The translations under genes were made by a program, and so were the position numbers. Under the pieces are notes generated by a model. That model had not been told where the DNA came from. It was given only the letters and a program-made list of their open reading frames with translations, and did not search any database. Below are positions 1-8,850 of a DNA stretch of 64,000 nucleotides, in pieces; position 1 is the first letter of the stretch, and every line of letters begins with the position of its first letter. Source of the stretch: an uncultured delta proteobacterium (GTDB lineage Bacteria > Myxococcota_A > Polyangia > Fen-1088); contig CAVWIP010000016.1 of the NCBI GenBank assembly GCA_963755125.1, positions 151,604 through 215,603 on the forward strand, written 5' to 3'.

Positions 1-2
1 CC

Positions 3-818
3 GTGACTGAAGTCCATGTGGTAGGCGGACTCAATGACAGTCTTCCCTTCGACTACTACCTCGAACTTGTGGCCGGCCTGAAGCGACTGCAACCGGCGCT
101 TCACATCAAGGGCTTCAGTGCAGTCGAGATCTTCCACTTTCACAAGCTCTTCCAATTGGAGGTGCGCGAGGTGTTGCAGCGTCTGCGCGCGGCCGGGCTC
201 GACTCGCTGCCCGGGGGCGGCGCCGAGATCTTCGCGCCCCATGTGCGCCAGCGCATTTGCCCCAACAAGTGCAACGCCGAAGAGTGGTTGCAGGTTCACC
301 GCACGGCCCACCAAATGGGTGTGCGCTCCAATTGCACCATGCTTTACGGGACCGTCGAGACAGTCGAAGAACGGGTCGATCACATGCTGCGCCTGCGAGC
401 GCTGCAGGACGAGACCGGCGGCTTCCAGGCCTTCATTCCCCTGGCCTTTCATCCCGACAACAACGCGCTTTCTCATCTTCCCGCACCCACCGCGGTCGAC
501 GATCTGCGTGTGTGCGCGGTGGCGCGGCTTCTGCTGCACAACATTCCCCACATCAAGGCCTATTGGATCTCGCTGGGAATCAAGACCGCGCAGAGCGCGC
601 TGTGGTTCGGTGCCGATGATCTGGACGGCACCGTGCAAGAAGAGAAAATCTATCACTTGGCGGGCTCCGATGCGCCACGGGCCCTGGCGCCTGCCGAAAT
701 CGTCCATCTCATCCACGCCGCTGGCCGCACGCCCGTGGAGCGCGACACGCTTTACAACGTGATCGCACAAGGCGAGGCGCTGCCCGTCTGCGCGTCGCCC
801 GCGGGAGAACTGAGATGA
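3..818 (+). CDS. mqnE: Aminofutalosine synthase MqnE (radical SAM, CofH/MqnE family), 5' end outside the window
   Basis: EVHVVGGL, HIKGFSAVEI, SLPGGGAEIF, QDETGGFQAFIPLAFHPDN, HIKAYW, DGTVQEEKIYHLAG, PVERDTLYN motifs; ATGA overlap with the next mqn gene. Confidence 0.88.
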   Translation: MTEVHVVGGLNDSLPFDYYLELVAGLKRLQPALHIKGFSAVEIFHFHKLFQLEVREVLQRLRAAGLDSLPGGGAEIFAPHVRQRICPNKCNAEEWLQVHRTAHQMGVRSNCTMLYGTVETVEERVDHMLRLRALQDETGGFQAFIPLAFHPDNNALSHLPAPTAVDDLRVCAVARLLLHNIPHIKAYWISLGIKTAQSALWFGADDLDGTVQEEKIYHLAGSDAPRALAPAEIVHLIHAAGRTPVERDTLYNVIAQGEALPVCASPAGELR

Positions 819-2728
819 GCCGGCGCCTGTGCCTGGCCGCGGTTTCCTTTCTGAACGCGCGGCCCGTCACCCACGGCATCGAGCAGGGTTTGCTGGGCGC
901 CGATCGCTTCGACCTGCGTTTCGCCGAACCCTCGCGCTGTGCCGCCGCGGTAGCCGCAGGCGAAGCAGACCTGGGGCTCATGCCCATCGCCAGCTACGCC
1001 AGCTCGGCCGAAGAACTTCGCGTGGTGCCCGGTATTGCCATTGCCAGCCGCGGCCCGGTGCGCACCGTCGTGCTGGTGGGCCAGGTGCGGTGGGAAGAGA
1101 TGACCGCCATCGCCCTCGACGGAGCCTCGCGCACCTCGCAGATGTTGCTGCGCCTGCTGAGCAAAGAGCGCGGCCTTCATCCCGACTTCGCCGAAGTGGT
1201 GCACGAGCAGATCGCAGATGCGGTGAGCGGCACGCGCGGCGCCCTCATCATCGGCGATCTCGGCCTGCACATCGAAGGCCGCTTTCGCCACGTCTACGAC
1301 CTGGGTGAGCAATGGCACAACTTGGTGGGACTTCCTTTCGTCTACGCGGTCTGGGCTGGCCGGCCAGGCGTGGTCTCCATTGAAGACGTGGCGCTGTTGC
1401 AGGAAAGCCTGCAGCTGGGCCTGCAGCGCCGGGCGGAGATCGGACGGGCCTGGGCACTGGACAACGGCGTCGATCCGTCTGTGGGCGAGAACTACCTGCT
1501 GGAGAACATCCGCCACCGCCTTGGTTCAGACGAGATCTCCGGCGCCACGGCCTTTCTGGCACGAAGCTACCAGGCTGGGCTTCTGGCCAAGCCCGTGCGC
1601 GTGTGCCTGTTCGATGCTCCGGCGGTGCCGCCTTCGCAGCCGCGATCGGGGCTGTCCCTGGATCGCCTGCTGACCGACGCTGCTGCGGGCGAGCGCATGA
1701 GCCTCGACGAGGGAATACGTCTGTACTCGGAGGCGCCCTTGTTCGATCTAGGCCAGGCGGCCAACCTTCGTCGGCAGGCATTGCATCCCGACAATGTGGT
1801 GACCTACATCGTGGACCGCAACATCAACTACACCAACGCCTGCACCACCTGCTGTTCGTTCTGCAACTTCCACCGCGCCCCGGGCCACGCCCAGACCTAT
1901 ACACTTTCGCGCGAAGAGCTGGCGCAGAAACTTCGTGAGACGGTTGAACTGGACGGCGTGCAGGTGTTGCTCCAGGGCGGCATCAATCCGGATCTCTCGC
2001 TCGCGTATTACGAAGACCTCTTTCGCTTCATGAAGGCGAACTTCCCCCTAGCCATTCACGGCCTTTCGCCCGAGGAGATTCGCTATCTGTCTCAGCGCGA
2101 GGGCTTGTCGGTGCGGGCCGTGCTCGAACGCCTGATCGCCGCGGGCCTGGATTCCGTACCCGGCGGCGCGGCCGAGATCCTCGACGACGAAATTCGCCGG
2201 CGTATTTCGCCGAAGAAGTGTTCTGCCGACACCTGGATCGATGTCATGCGCGAGGCGCACGGACTCGGCCTGCGCACCACCGCCACCATGGTCTTTGGCT
2301 TCGGCGAGTCGCCGCGCCAACTGCTGGGGCACCTCGACCGTCTGCGCTGCCTGCAGGATCAAACCGCGGGTTTCACCGCCTTCATCTGCTGGAGCTTCCA
2401 GGCCGAGGGCACGCGCCTGCCGCTCACCGACGACACCGGCAGCCTCCGCTATCTGCGCGTGCTGGCCCTGGCGCGGCTCATCCTCGACAACTTTCCCAAC
2501 CTGCAAGTTTCCTGGGTCACCATGGGGCCGGCCGTGGGACAGGTTGCCTTGCGCTTCGGCGGCAACGATTTTGGTTCGGCCATGATCGAGGAGAACGTGG
2601 TTGCGACCGCTGGCACGGTTTTCAAAATTTCCGCGGGCGACATTGAACGCTGCATACGCGGTGCGGGCTTCGTTCCCCGCCGTCGCAACATGCGCTACGA
2701 GTTGCTGCCGCCAGCGCCGTCGGAGTAG
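815..2728 (+). CDS. mqnC: Fusion of chorismate dehydratase MqnA (N-terminal ~270 aa) and cyclic dehypoxanthinyl futalosine synthase MqnC (C-terminal radical SAM)
   Basis: N-half: VSFLNARP, SRTS, ALIIGD, DLGEQW...GLPFVYAVW (MqnA). C-half: VTYIVDRNINYTN, CxxxCxxC (CTTCCSFC), LLQGG, PGGAAEIL, GGNDFGSAMIEENVV (MqnC). Confidence 0.88.
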   Translation: MSRRLCLAAVSFLNARPVTHGIEQGLLGADRFDLRFAEPSRCAAAVAAGEADLGLMPIASYASSAEELRVVPGIAIASRGPVRTVVLVGQVRWEEMTAIALDGASRTSQMLLRLLSKERGLHPDFAEVVHEQIADAVSGTRGALIIGDLGLHIEGRFRHVYDLGEQWHNLVGLPFVYAVWAGRPGVVSIEDVALLQESLQLGLQRRAEIGRAWALDNGVDPSVGENYLLENIRHRLGSDEISGATAFLARSYQAGLLAKPVRVCLFDAPAVPPSQPRSGLSLDRLLTDAAAGERMSLDEGIRLYSEAPLFDLGQAANLRRQALHPDNVVTYIVDRNINYTNACTTCCSFCNFHRAPGHAQTYTLSREELAQKLRETVELDGVQVLLQGGINPDLSLAYYEDLFRFMKANFPLAIHGLSPEEIRYLSQREGLSVRAVLERLIAAGLDSVPGGAAEILDDEIRRRISPKKCSADTWIDVMREAHGLGLRTTATMVFGFGESPRQLLGHLDRLRCLQDQTAGFTAFICWSFQAEGTRLPLTDDTGSLRYLRVLALARLILDNFPNLQVSWVTMGPAVGQVALRFGGNDFGSAMIEENVVATAGTVFKISAGDIERCIRGAGFVPRRRNMRYELLPPAPSE

Positions 2729-2814
2729 CGGGAACGGCAGCGCGGCGAACCCGGACGCGCCATCCAGCCAGTCCCCGGTGGTCGCGCGTCGTCTGGTCTG
2801 GTACCGTCGGCGAC

Positions 2815-4905
2815 ATGAAGAACTGGCTGTTCCTGTCTGTTGTCTCCGTCACGGCGCTGGTCAACTGCGCAACCCACCAGGCTGGCAAACCTGTCGCGAG
2901 GAATACTGTCTTTCCCGCATGTCCGGGTGGCACTTGCCCGCCCACTACCTCTGTCGCCGCCAACGCCGGCGCGACATTGGCTGCCAAGGCTCCGGAGGAG
3001 GAACCGCTCGCCGACGACGTGGAACGCTATCGCATCCCACTTGAGGGACCGTTCCGAGGCGCGGTGAACGCCAAGGTCAACATCGTGGAGTTCACTGACT
3101 TCCAGTGTCCCTTCTGCTCGCGCGCGGCCGGAACGTTGCAGGAGGTGCTGAAGCAATACTCCGACGACGTGCGGCTGTACTTCCGCAACCTCCCCTTGTC
3201 CTTTCACGCCGACGCAGCCCTCGCCGCGCAGGCCGCCATGGCCGCCCACGCCCAGGGGAAGTTCTGGCAGATGCACGACAAGCTTTTCGAAAAACAGCCG
3301 TTCTTCAAGCGCGAAAACCTGGATGCCTACGCCCTGGACATCGGCCTCGATGTCGCCCGGTTCAAGCGTGACCTCGACAACGAGACCTGGAAGGGCACGG
3401 TGGAGGCCGACGCAGTGCTGGCGAGCCAGATGGGCGTCGTGGGCACGCCGCACTTCTTCATCAACGGACGGCCGCTGCGTGGCGCGCTTCCCATCGACGA
3501 GTTCCAGAAGATCATCGACGACGAACTGGTTCGGACCAAGAAGATTTTGGCAGCCGGCACGCCCGCGGAACGGCTCTACGCCAGATTGATGGCCGGCGCA
3601 CTGACCGCGCCGCCACCGCCGCGGCCGCCGGTGTCGAGCGAGGTCTACAGGGTCGAAATGGACAAGGCTCCGCGCAAGGGCGGCAAGGCGCCCAAGCTCA
3701 CGCTCGTCGAGTTCTCCGACTTCCAGTGCCCGTACTGCAGCCGCGCCAAGGACACGCTCGACGAATTGCTCAAGCTGTACGGGGACAACCTCGCGGTCGC
3801 GTACAAGCACTTCCCGCTGCCCTTCCACGAGCAAGCCCTGCCGGCCGCCATCGCCGCCGTGGCAGCAGGCCAGCAGGGCAAGTTCTGGGAGATGCACGAC
3901 AAGCTGTTCGCCAATCAGGAGAAACTCGACGAAGCCAGTCTGGCGAAGTACGCGCAAGAGATCGGGCTCGACCTGCCCAAGTTCATGGCTGCCCTGGCCA
4001 GCCCCGAGACCAAAGCGGTGGTCGAGGCGGACGTGAAACAGGCCGAGCAGTTCGGGGTGGAAGGGACGCCGAGCTTCTTCCTCAACGGCCGGATGTTCAG
4101 CGGCGCCTACCCGCTGGACAGCTTCAAGATGGTGCTCGGCGAGGAGATGAAACGGGCGGACGCCAGGCTGCAAGCCGGCACGCCACGCGCCGAGCTCTAC
4201 CCGGCCATCATCAAGGACGGACTGGCCAAGCGGGAGCCGCCCAAGATCGAGGCGCGACCGGGTGAGCCGTCGCCCAGCGAAAGGTACAAGGCTGAGATCA
4301 AAGGCGCACCCTTCCGAGGTTCCAAGAATGCGCTGGTCACCATCGTGGAGTTCTCGGACTACCAGTGTCCCTTCTGCGGCCGGGCGGAAACCACGCTCAA
4401 GAAGATACTGGACGAGTACAAGGGTCAGGTGCGGGTGGTCTGGCGGGACTTGCCTCTTTCCTTCCATCCCTGTGCCAGGCCGGCGGCCATTGCGGCGCGC
4501 GCAGCCGGCCAGCAGGGCAAGTACTGGCAGATGCACGACAAGCTTTTCGAGAACCAGCAAGATCTGGTGGAGAAGAACCTGGAGACATACGCCGAGGCGA
4601 TCGGCCTCAAGATGGAAAGCTTCAAGGCCGCCAGCAAGCGCGGCGATCTGGCCAAAGCGGTCGAGCGCGACGAGAGACTGGCGGAAAAGCTGGGCGTGAA
4701 GGGAACGCCCGCCTTCTTCATCAATGGCAAGTTCCTGTCGGGTGCCCAGCCCTTTGAAGCCTTCAAGAAGAAGATCGACGAGGAACTCGCGCACGCACGC
4801 AAGCTGGTCGCCAGCGGGACACCCAGGGCAAACGTCTACACGGTGATCTTGAAAGGCGCCCGAACCGTCGAAGCCAGCGCCAGGGGCGATGACGATTCCG
4901 ATTGA
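2815..4905 (+). CDS. Exported protein (possible lipoprotein) with three tandem DsbA/Com1-like thioredoxin domains
   Basis: Three (T/S)D(F/Y)QCP(F/Y)C motifs, each followed by QGK(F/Y)WxMHDKLF and a GTP cis-Pro loop; signal peptide ending ALVNC. Confidence 0.88.
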   Translation: MKNWLFLSVVSVTALVNCATHQAGKPVARNTVFPACPGGTCPPTTSVAANAGATLAAKAPEEEPLADDVERYRIPLEGPFRGAVNAKVNIVEFTDFQCPFCSRAAGTLQEVLKQYSDDVRLYFRNLPLSFHADAALAAQAAMAAHAQGKFWQMHDKLFEKQPFFKRENLDAYALDIGLDVARFKRDLDNETWKGTVEADAVLASQMGVVGTPHFFINGRPLRGALPIDEFQKIIDDELVRTKKILAAGTPAERLYARLMAGALTAPPPPRPPVSSEVYRVEMDKAPRKGGKAPKLTLVEFSDFQCPYCSRAKDTLDELLKLYGDNLAVAYKHFPLPFHEQALPAAIAAVAAGQQGKFWEMHDKLFANQEKLDEASLAKYAQEIGLDLPKFMAALASPETKAVVEADVKQAEQFGVEGTPSFFLNGRMFSGAYPLDSFKMVLGEEMKRADARLQAGTPRAELYPAIIKDGLAKREPPKIEARPGEPSPSERYKAEIKGAPFRGSKNALVTIVEFSDYQCPFCGRAETTLKKILDEYKGQVRVVWRDLPLSFHPCARPAAIAARAAGQQGKYWQMHDKLFENQQDLVEKNLETYAEAIGLKMESFKAASKRGDLAKAVERDERLAEKLGVKGTPAFFINGKFLSGAQPFEAFKKKIDEELAHARKLVASGTPRANVYTVILKGARTVEASARGDDDSD

Positions 4906-4926
4906 TCGACGGACTTCGCCCGATCG

Positions 4927-5775
4927 TCAATTGCCCGCGTGCACGTGAGGCACGTACAGGTCGAGTTTGTGGACCACCGGGTGCGGGCTGCTCGGGGATT
5001 CGGCCAGCGAGAGACACAGGCTCATGTCGTAGCTGCCGATTGTGCCTGACACCTGCAGAGTTCCGGTCAGTCCGCTGGTGTAGCTGTCCACTGGTGAGAT
5101 GCAGGACGCGGGCAGGGTAGGACACCCAACCAACACCTGCACGCCCCATGTGGTGGGTAGATCGGCCAGATCGAGGGTGGCAGGGAGCGCAAAATTCGTG
5201 TTGCGCCACGTGACTGTGATCGGCCACAGGAATGTCTCGGTAATGGCCTGGAGATCGCCGCCCTCGCAGCAGTCGTATGGGATCACGGCTCCGTTGACCG
5301 CCGGGTACGACTCGATGCCATTGACCACCATGTGATTGGTCTCTCCACTGCAGAAGGCGTTGGCCCCAGCATCTGGCGCCAGCGACTGCACTTCATTCGA
5401 GGCGTCGGGCGACGCAGAAGACACGTCACGTGAGCCATCGGGCACCGCAAAAGAGGTGTCGCGCGAGGCATCCTGCGCCGTGAGAGAAACGTCGCGCGAG
5501 GTATCCGGCGTTGCGGGCGGGAGGTCGCGCGGGACATCGGGCAATGCCGGAGCGATATCAGGCAACGCGGGCACATCGGGCGACGCCGGAGCGACGTCGG
5601 GCAACGCCGAAGTGCCGTCAGGCAACGCCGAGGACGCATCCCGCGTCCGCTCGCCGATCGCACTGTCCGCGATTGCAGGAGCCGCACCGTCGTGCCGCAG
5701 GCTGAGTCCGGATCGACTGCCACAGGCACACAACAAACAAACGGCCATCTTCCATCCACCATGAACGTTCCGCAT
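4927..5775 (-). CDS. Hypothetical lipoprotein with Pro/Asp-rich repeat linker and Cys-containing C-terminal domain
   Basis: LLCAC lipobox-like, repeated ALPD / D-A-S-R-D units, C-terminal domain with several Cys; start codon uncertain. Confidence 0.6.
   Translation of the reverse strand: MRNVHGGWKMAVCLLCACGSRSGLSLRHDGAAPAIADSAIGERTRDASSALPDGTSALPDVAPASPDVPALPDIAPALPDVPRDLPPATPDTSRDVSLTAQDASRDTSFAVPDGSRDVSSASPDASNEVQSLAPDAGANAFCSGETNHMVVNGIESYPAVNGAVIPYDCCEGGDLQAITETFLWPITVTWRNTNFALPATLDLADLPTTWGVQVLVGCPTLPASCISPVDSYTSGLTGTLQVSGTIGSYDMSLCLSLAESPSSPHPVVHKLDLYVPHVHAGN
5400..5640 (-). repeat. Degenerate coding repeats (ALPDxxx 21-bp units and DxSRDxS units) in lipoprotein linker
   Basis: SALPDGT SALPDVA PASPDVP ALPDIAP ALPDVP; PDTSRDVS, QDASRDTS, PDGSRDVS. 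Confidence 0.55.
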
Positions 5776-5898
5776 GGACAAACTCTAGACCAAAGCTCGT
5801 GCCAACGGAACCGCTGGCTGGTCGCTCCCCGCCGCACGCCTGTGCACAAAACGCGCCTCCAACTCACCCTGGGCGCACCCGGTGTACACTTCGCCCCG

Positions 5899-7329
5899 AT
5901 GCTCGATCGTTTCTTCAAGTTAGGCGAGCGGGGCACCAGCCTGCGCACCGAAGTGCTGGCCGGTGCGACCACGTTTTTGACCATGGCGTACATCGTGTTC
6001 GTGAACCCGGGTATCCTGGCCGCCGCCGGCGTGCCTTTTGCCGGCGCCGCCACCGCCACCGCCCTGGGCGCCGCCGTCATGTGCATCAGCATGGGCCTGG
6101 TCGCCAACCGGCCGCTGGGCTTGGCCTCCGGCATGGGGCTCAACGCCGTGGTGTCGTTCTCCATCATCGGCGCGCAGCAGGCGCACGTGCCCTGGCAGGT
6201 GGGCATGGCTGCCGTGCTACTGGAAGGTGTGGCGTTCGTCGTGCTCGTGATCACCGGGCTGCGCGAGTCGGTGATGAACGCCATCCCCATGAGCCTCAAG
6301 CGCGCCATCGGCGGAGGCATCGGCCTGTTCATCACCTTCATCGGCCTGAACCAGGGCGGCGTGATCCGACCCGCGCCCGTGACCCTGGTGGCTCTCGGCG
6401 ATCTCTCGCAGCGCACCGTGTGGGTCACGTTCACCGGACTGGGTGCCATCCTGGCCTTCCGCTGCCTGCGCGTGAAGGGCGAGATCTTGTGGGGCCTGCT
6501 GGCGGCCACGCTGGCGGCGCTGCTCCTAGGCGTCGCGCGCTGGCCCACGGCCGTCCTGGCGCCCATGGACTTTTCCACCTTCTGGGCGCCTTTCGCCACG
6601 GTGAAGGGCGCGCCGGCCATCGCCCACATGCTTTCGCCCGCGCTGCTCACTGCGGTCTTCGCCCTGCTGCTGTCCGATTTCTTCGACGCCATGGGCACGG
6701 TGGTGGCGGTGGGCGAGCAAGCCGGATTCGTCGACGGACAGGGCCGCGTGCCGGGGTTGCGGCGCATCCTGCTGGTGGACGCCAGCGCGGCCGCAGTGGG
6801 CGGCCTATTCGGCGCCAGTTCCATCACCACCTACGTGGAATCAGCGGCGGGCGTGGCCGAGGGTGGTCGCACCGGCCTGACCGTAGTCGTGACCGGGCTG
6901 CTGTTCGCCGTGGCCGCGCTCTTCTCGCCCATCATCGCCACGGTGGGCGGCGGCTATCGCGTGCCCAACGCCGCCCATTACTCGCAGTTGGTGACCGCCG
7001 GCTTTCGCACGCCGCCCGACCTGCTGCCGCCGGTGGGAATGGGCGACGCCTTCGTCTATCCCATCACCGCGGGCGCGCTCATCTTCGTCGGATTCCTGAT
7101 GATGAACGCCATCCGCAACATCGAATGGGACGACTGGGAAGAATCCTTCCCCGCCTTTCTCACCATCGTGTGCATCCCTCTCAGCTACAGCATCAGCAAT
7201 GGAATCGGGCTGGGCTTCATCAGTTACACGCTCATCAAGCTCCTGCGCGGCAAGGCCCGCCAGGTTCACGGCCTGATGGTCGCCGTCAGCCTGGCCTTTC
7301 TCGTCGGGTTCGTGCTGCAGTCGAGGTGA
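5899..7329 (+). CDS. NCS2/AzgA-family purine (adenine/guanine/hypoxanthine) permease
   Basis: MLDRFFKL..RGTSLRTEVLAGATTFLTMAYI.FVNP, GMGLNA, DFFDAMGT, YVESAAGVAEGGRTGLT, SYSISNGIGLG; ATG at 5899 matches family N-terminus. Confidence 0.9.
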   Translation: MLDRFFKLGERGTSLRTEVLAGATTFLTMAYIVFVNPGILAAAGVPFAGAATATALGAAVMCISMGLVANRPLGLASGMGLNAVVSFSIIGAQQAHVPWQVGMAAVLLEGVAFVVLVITGLRESVMNAIPMSLKRAIGGGIGLFITFIGLNQGGVIRPAPVTLVALGDLSQRTVWVTFTGLGAILAFRCLRVKGEILWGLLAATLAALLLGVARWPTAVLAPMDFSTFWAPFATVKGAPAIAHMLSPALLTAVFALLLSDFFDAMGTVVAVGEQAGFVDGQGRVPGLRRILLVDASAAAVGGLFGASSITTYVESAAGVAEGGRTGLTVVVTGLLFAVAALFSPIIATVGGGYRVPNAAHYSQLVTAGFRTPPDLLPPVGMGDAFVYPITAGALIFVGFLMMNAIRNIEWDDWEESFPAFLTIVCIPLSYSISNGIGLGFISYTLIKLLRGKARQVHGLMVAVSLAFLVGFVLQSR

Positions 7330-7399
7330 TCGACTCGGGGTCGCGCTTCCTGTCGTACAGCCGACAAGACAGGGATCGCCTCATGACTTACTTGCCGGC

Positions 7400-7570
7400 C
7401 TTTTCCCTCCGCACGCCCTGGCGCTCAATGCGCTCGCCCCGGTGCTCCTTGGCCTCACCACGACGCTCGTTGCGCGCACCACGCCGCTCCTTGGCTTCCC
7501 CCTGGCGCTCGTTGCGCGCACCACGGCCCTCTTCCCTGGCACCCTGGCGCTCAAGGGCGACACCGCGTAG
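7400..7570. repeat. Degenerate 21-bp tandem repeat (about 8 units) in the permease-deaminase intergenic region
   Basis: Recurrent gcgctcgttgcgcgcaccacg and gctccttggc units with 21-bp period. Confidence 0.7.
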
Positions 7571-7617
7571 ATCTCCAACCAGCGTCGCGCCCCTGTGCTA
7601 GGCATTTCATAGTGGCT

Positions 7618-8850
7618 ATGTCGAACCCCGCCCGGCTGATCAGCGCGCCCTGGGTCTTGCCCATGGCAAGCCCTGCGTTGGCCGAGGCAGCGGTGGTCAT
7701 CAACCACGAGAACACCATTGTCGCCGTCGGGCCACGCGCCGAGATCAAGCCGGAGTTTGCCTCGCTGCCCGAGGAGCGCGCGCAGGGTGCGCTGTTGCCC
7801 GGACTGGTGAACGCCCATACACACCTTGAATTGTCGGTCCTCTCCGGGCACGTGCGGGGCGGAGAAGGGCTTCCGTCGTGGGCCGTGCAACTGGGGCGCG
7901 AGACGGCCGTTTTTTCGACGGAGCAACACTGCGAAGCTGCCCGGCGCGCGGCCCTGGCTGCAGTGGCCGCCGGAACCGCGGCCGTGGGCGACGTGGGAAA
8001 TACCTTGCTCGCCGTGCCCGCGCTGGCCGGCGCGGGTCTGGGCGGGGTCTTCTTCCACGAGCTGCTCGGCTCGCGCGAGGTCGCCACCGGCGACGCCCTG
8101 GCTGATGCCGAGCGAGAGCACCGGGAATTCGTCCGGGGCACCGACTGGCCCGCGAATCTCGCCCGCGTTCCGGCACCGCACGCGCCCTACTCGGCCGGAC
8201 CCGATCTCTTGCGTCGGATCTTTGCGGCCGCGGCCGGTACCGGCCATCCCACCTCGATCCACGTCGCCGAAGGCGAGGACGAGATCCAGCTTCTGCGCGA
8301 CGGCACCGGGCGCTGGGCCGAGATCCTGGCCTCGCTGCAAGTCCCGCTGGGCTCGCGCACGCCAGGTCTGGGTCCGCTCGCCTATCTCGAATCACTCGGC
8401 GCCTTTGCTGGCGATCGGCCACCGCTTCTCGTCCACATGGTTTGTGCCAGCGTAGAAGATATCGCGCTCGCGCAAAGGCACCGAGCCCCGGTCGTGCTCT
8501 GCCCGCGCTCGAACCTGCACATCGGCGGCCGCCTGCCGGACGTGCGCGCCTTCTTGGCCGCGGGCCTGAATCTCGCCCTGGGCACCGACAGCCTGGGCTC
8601 GTCACCCGATCTCTCGCTGTGGGGCGAGATGGCGGCGCTTGCCTTGCACTTCTCTGACACTGCGCCTGAGATCTGGCTTCGCGCGACCACTACGGGCGGC
8701 GCAGCGACGCTGGGCCTTGCGGCCCTCGGGGCGCTTGCGCCTGGCAAGCGGCCCGGCATCATCGACGTCACGCCAGTCGACACACGCGCTCCCTGCGCTT
8801 CTTTGGTCGCGAACGCATTTCCCTCGATCCGCTGGGTGGCCCGACCATGA
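7618..8850 (+). CDS. Metal-dependent amidohydrolase, probable aminodeoxyfutalosine deaminase
   Basis: PGLVNAHTHLELS, PHAPYS, HVAE, LCPRSN, ALGTDS motifs; located in mqn cluster and coupled to UbiA gene by ATGA overlap. Confidence 0.78.
   Translation: MSNPARLISAPWVLPMASPALAEAAVVINHENTIVAVGPRAEIKPEFASLPEERAQGALLPGLVNAHTHLELSVLSGHVRGGEGLPSWAVQLGRETAVFSTEQHCEAARRAALAAVAAGTAAVGDVGNTLLAVPALAGAGLGGVFFHELLGSREVATGDALADAEREHREFVRGTDWPANLARVPAPHAPYSAGPDLLRRIFAAAAGTGHPTSIHVAEGEDEIQLLRDGTGRWAEILASLQVPLGSRTPGLGPLAYLESLGAFAGDRPPLLVHMVCASVEDIALAQRHRAPVVLCPRSNLHIGGRLPDVRAFLAAGLNLALGTDSLGSSPDLSLWGEMAALALHFSDTAPEIWLRATTTGGAATLGLAALGALAPGKRPGIIDVTPVDTRAPCASLVANAFPSIRWVARP

Noticed and set aside
2695..4794. 699-aa minus-strand ORF (and the similar 57044-58852 ORF)
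   Set aside because: Antisense shadows of the DsbA-like genes caused by strong GC3 codon bias; no recognisable motifs
5789..5804. Sigma-54-like TGGCACG upstream of the minus-strand lipoprotein
   Set aside because: The -12 element reads TTGG instead of TTGC and lies very close to the candidate starts; not supportable
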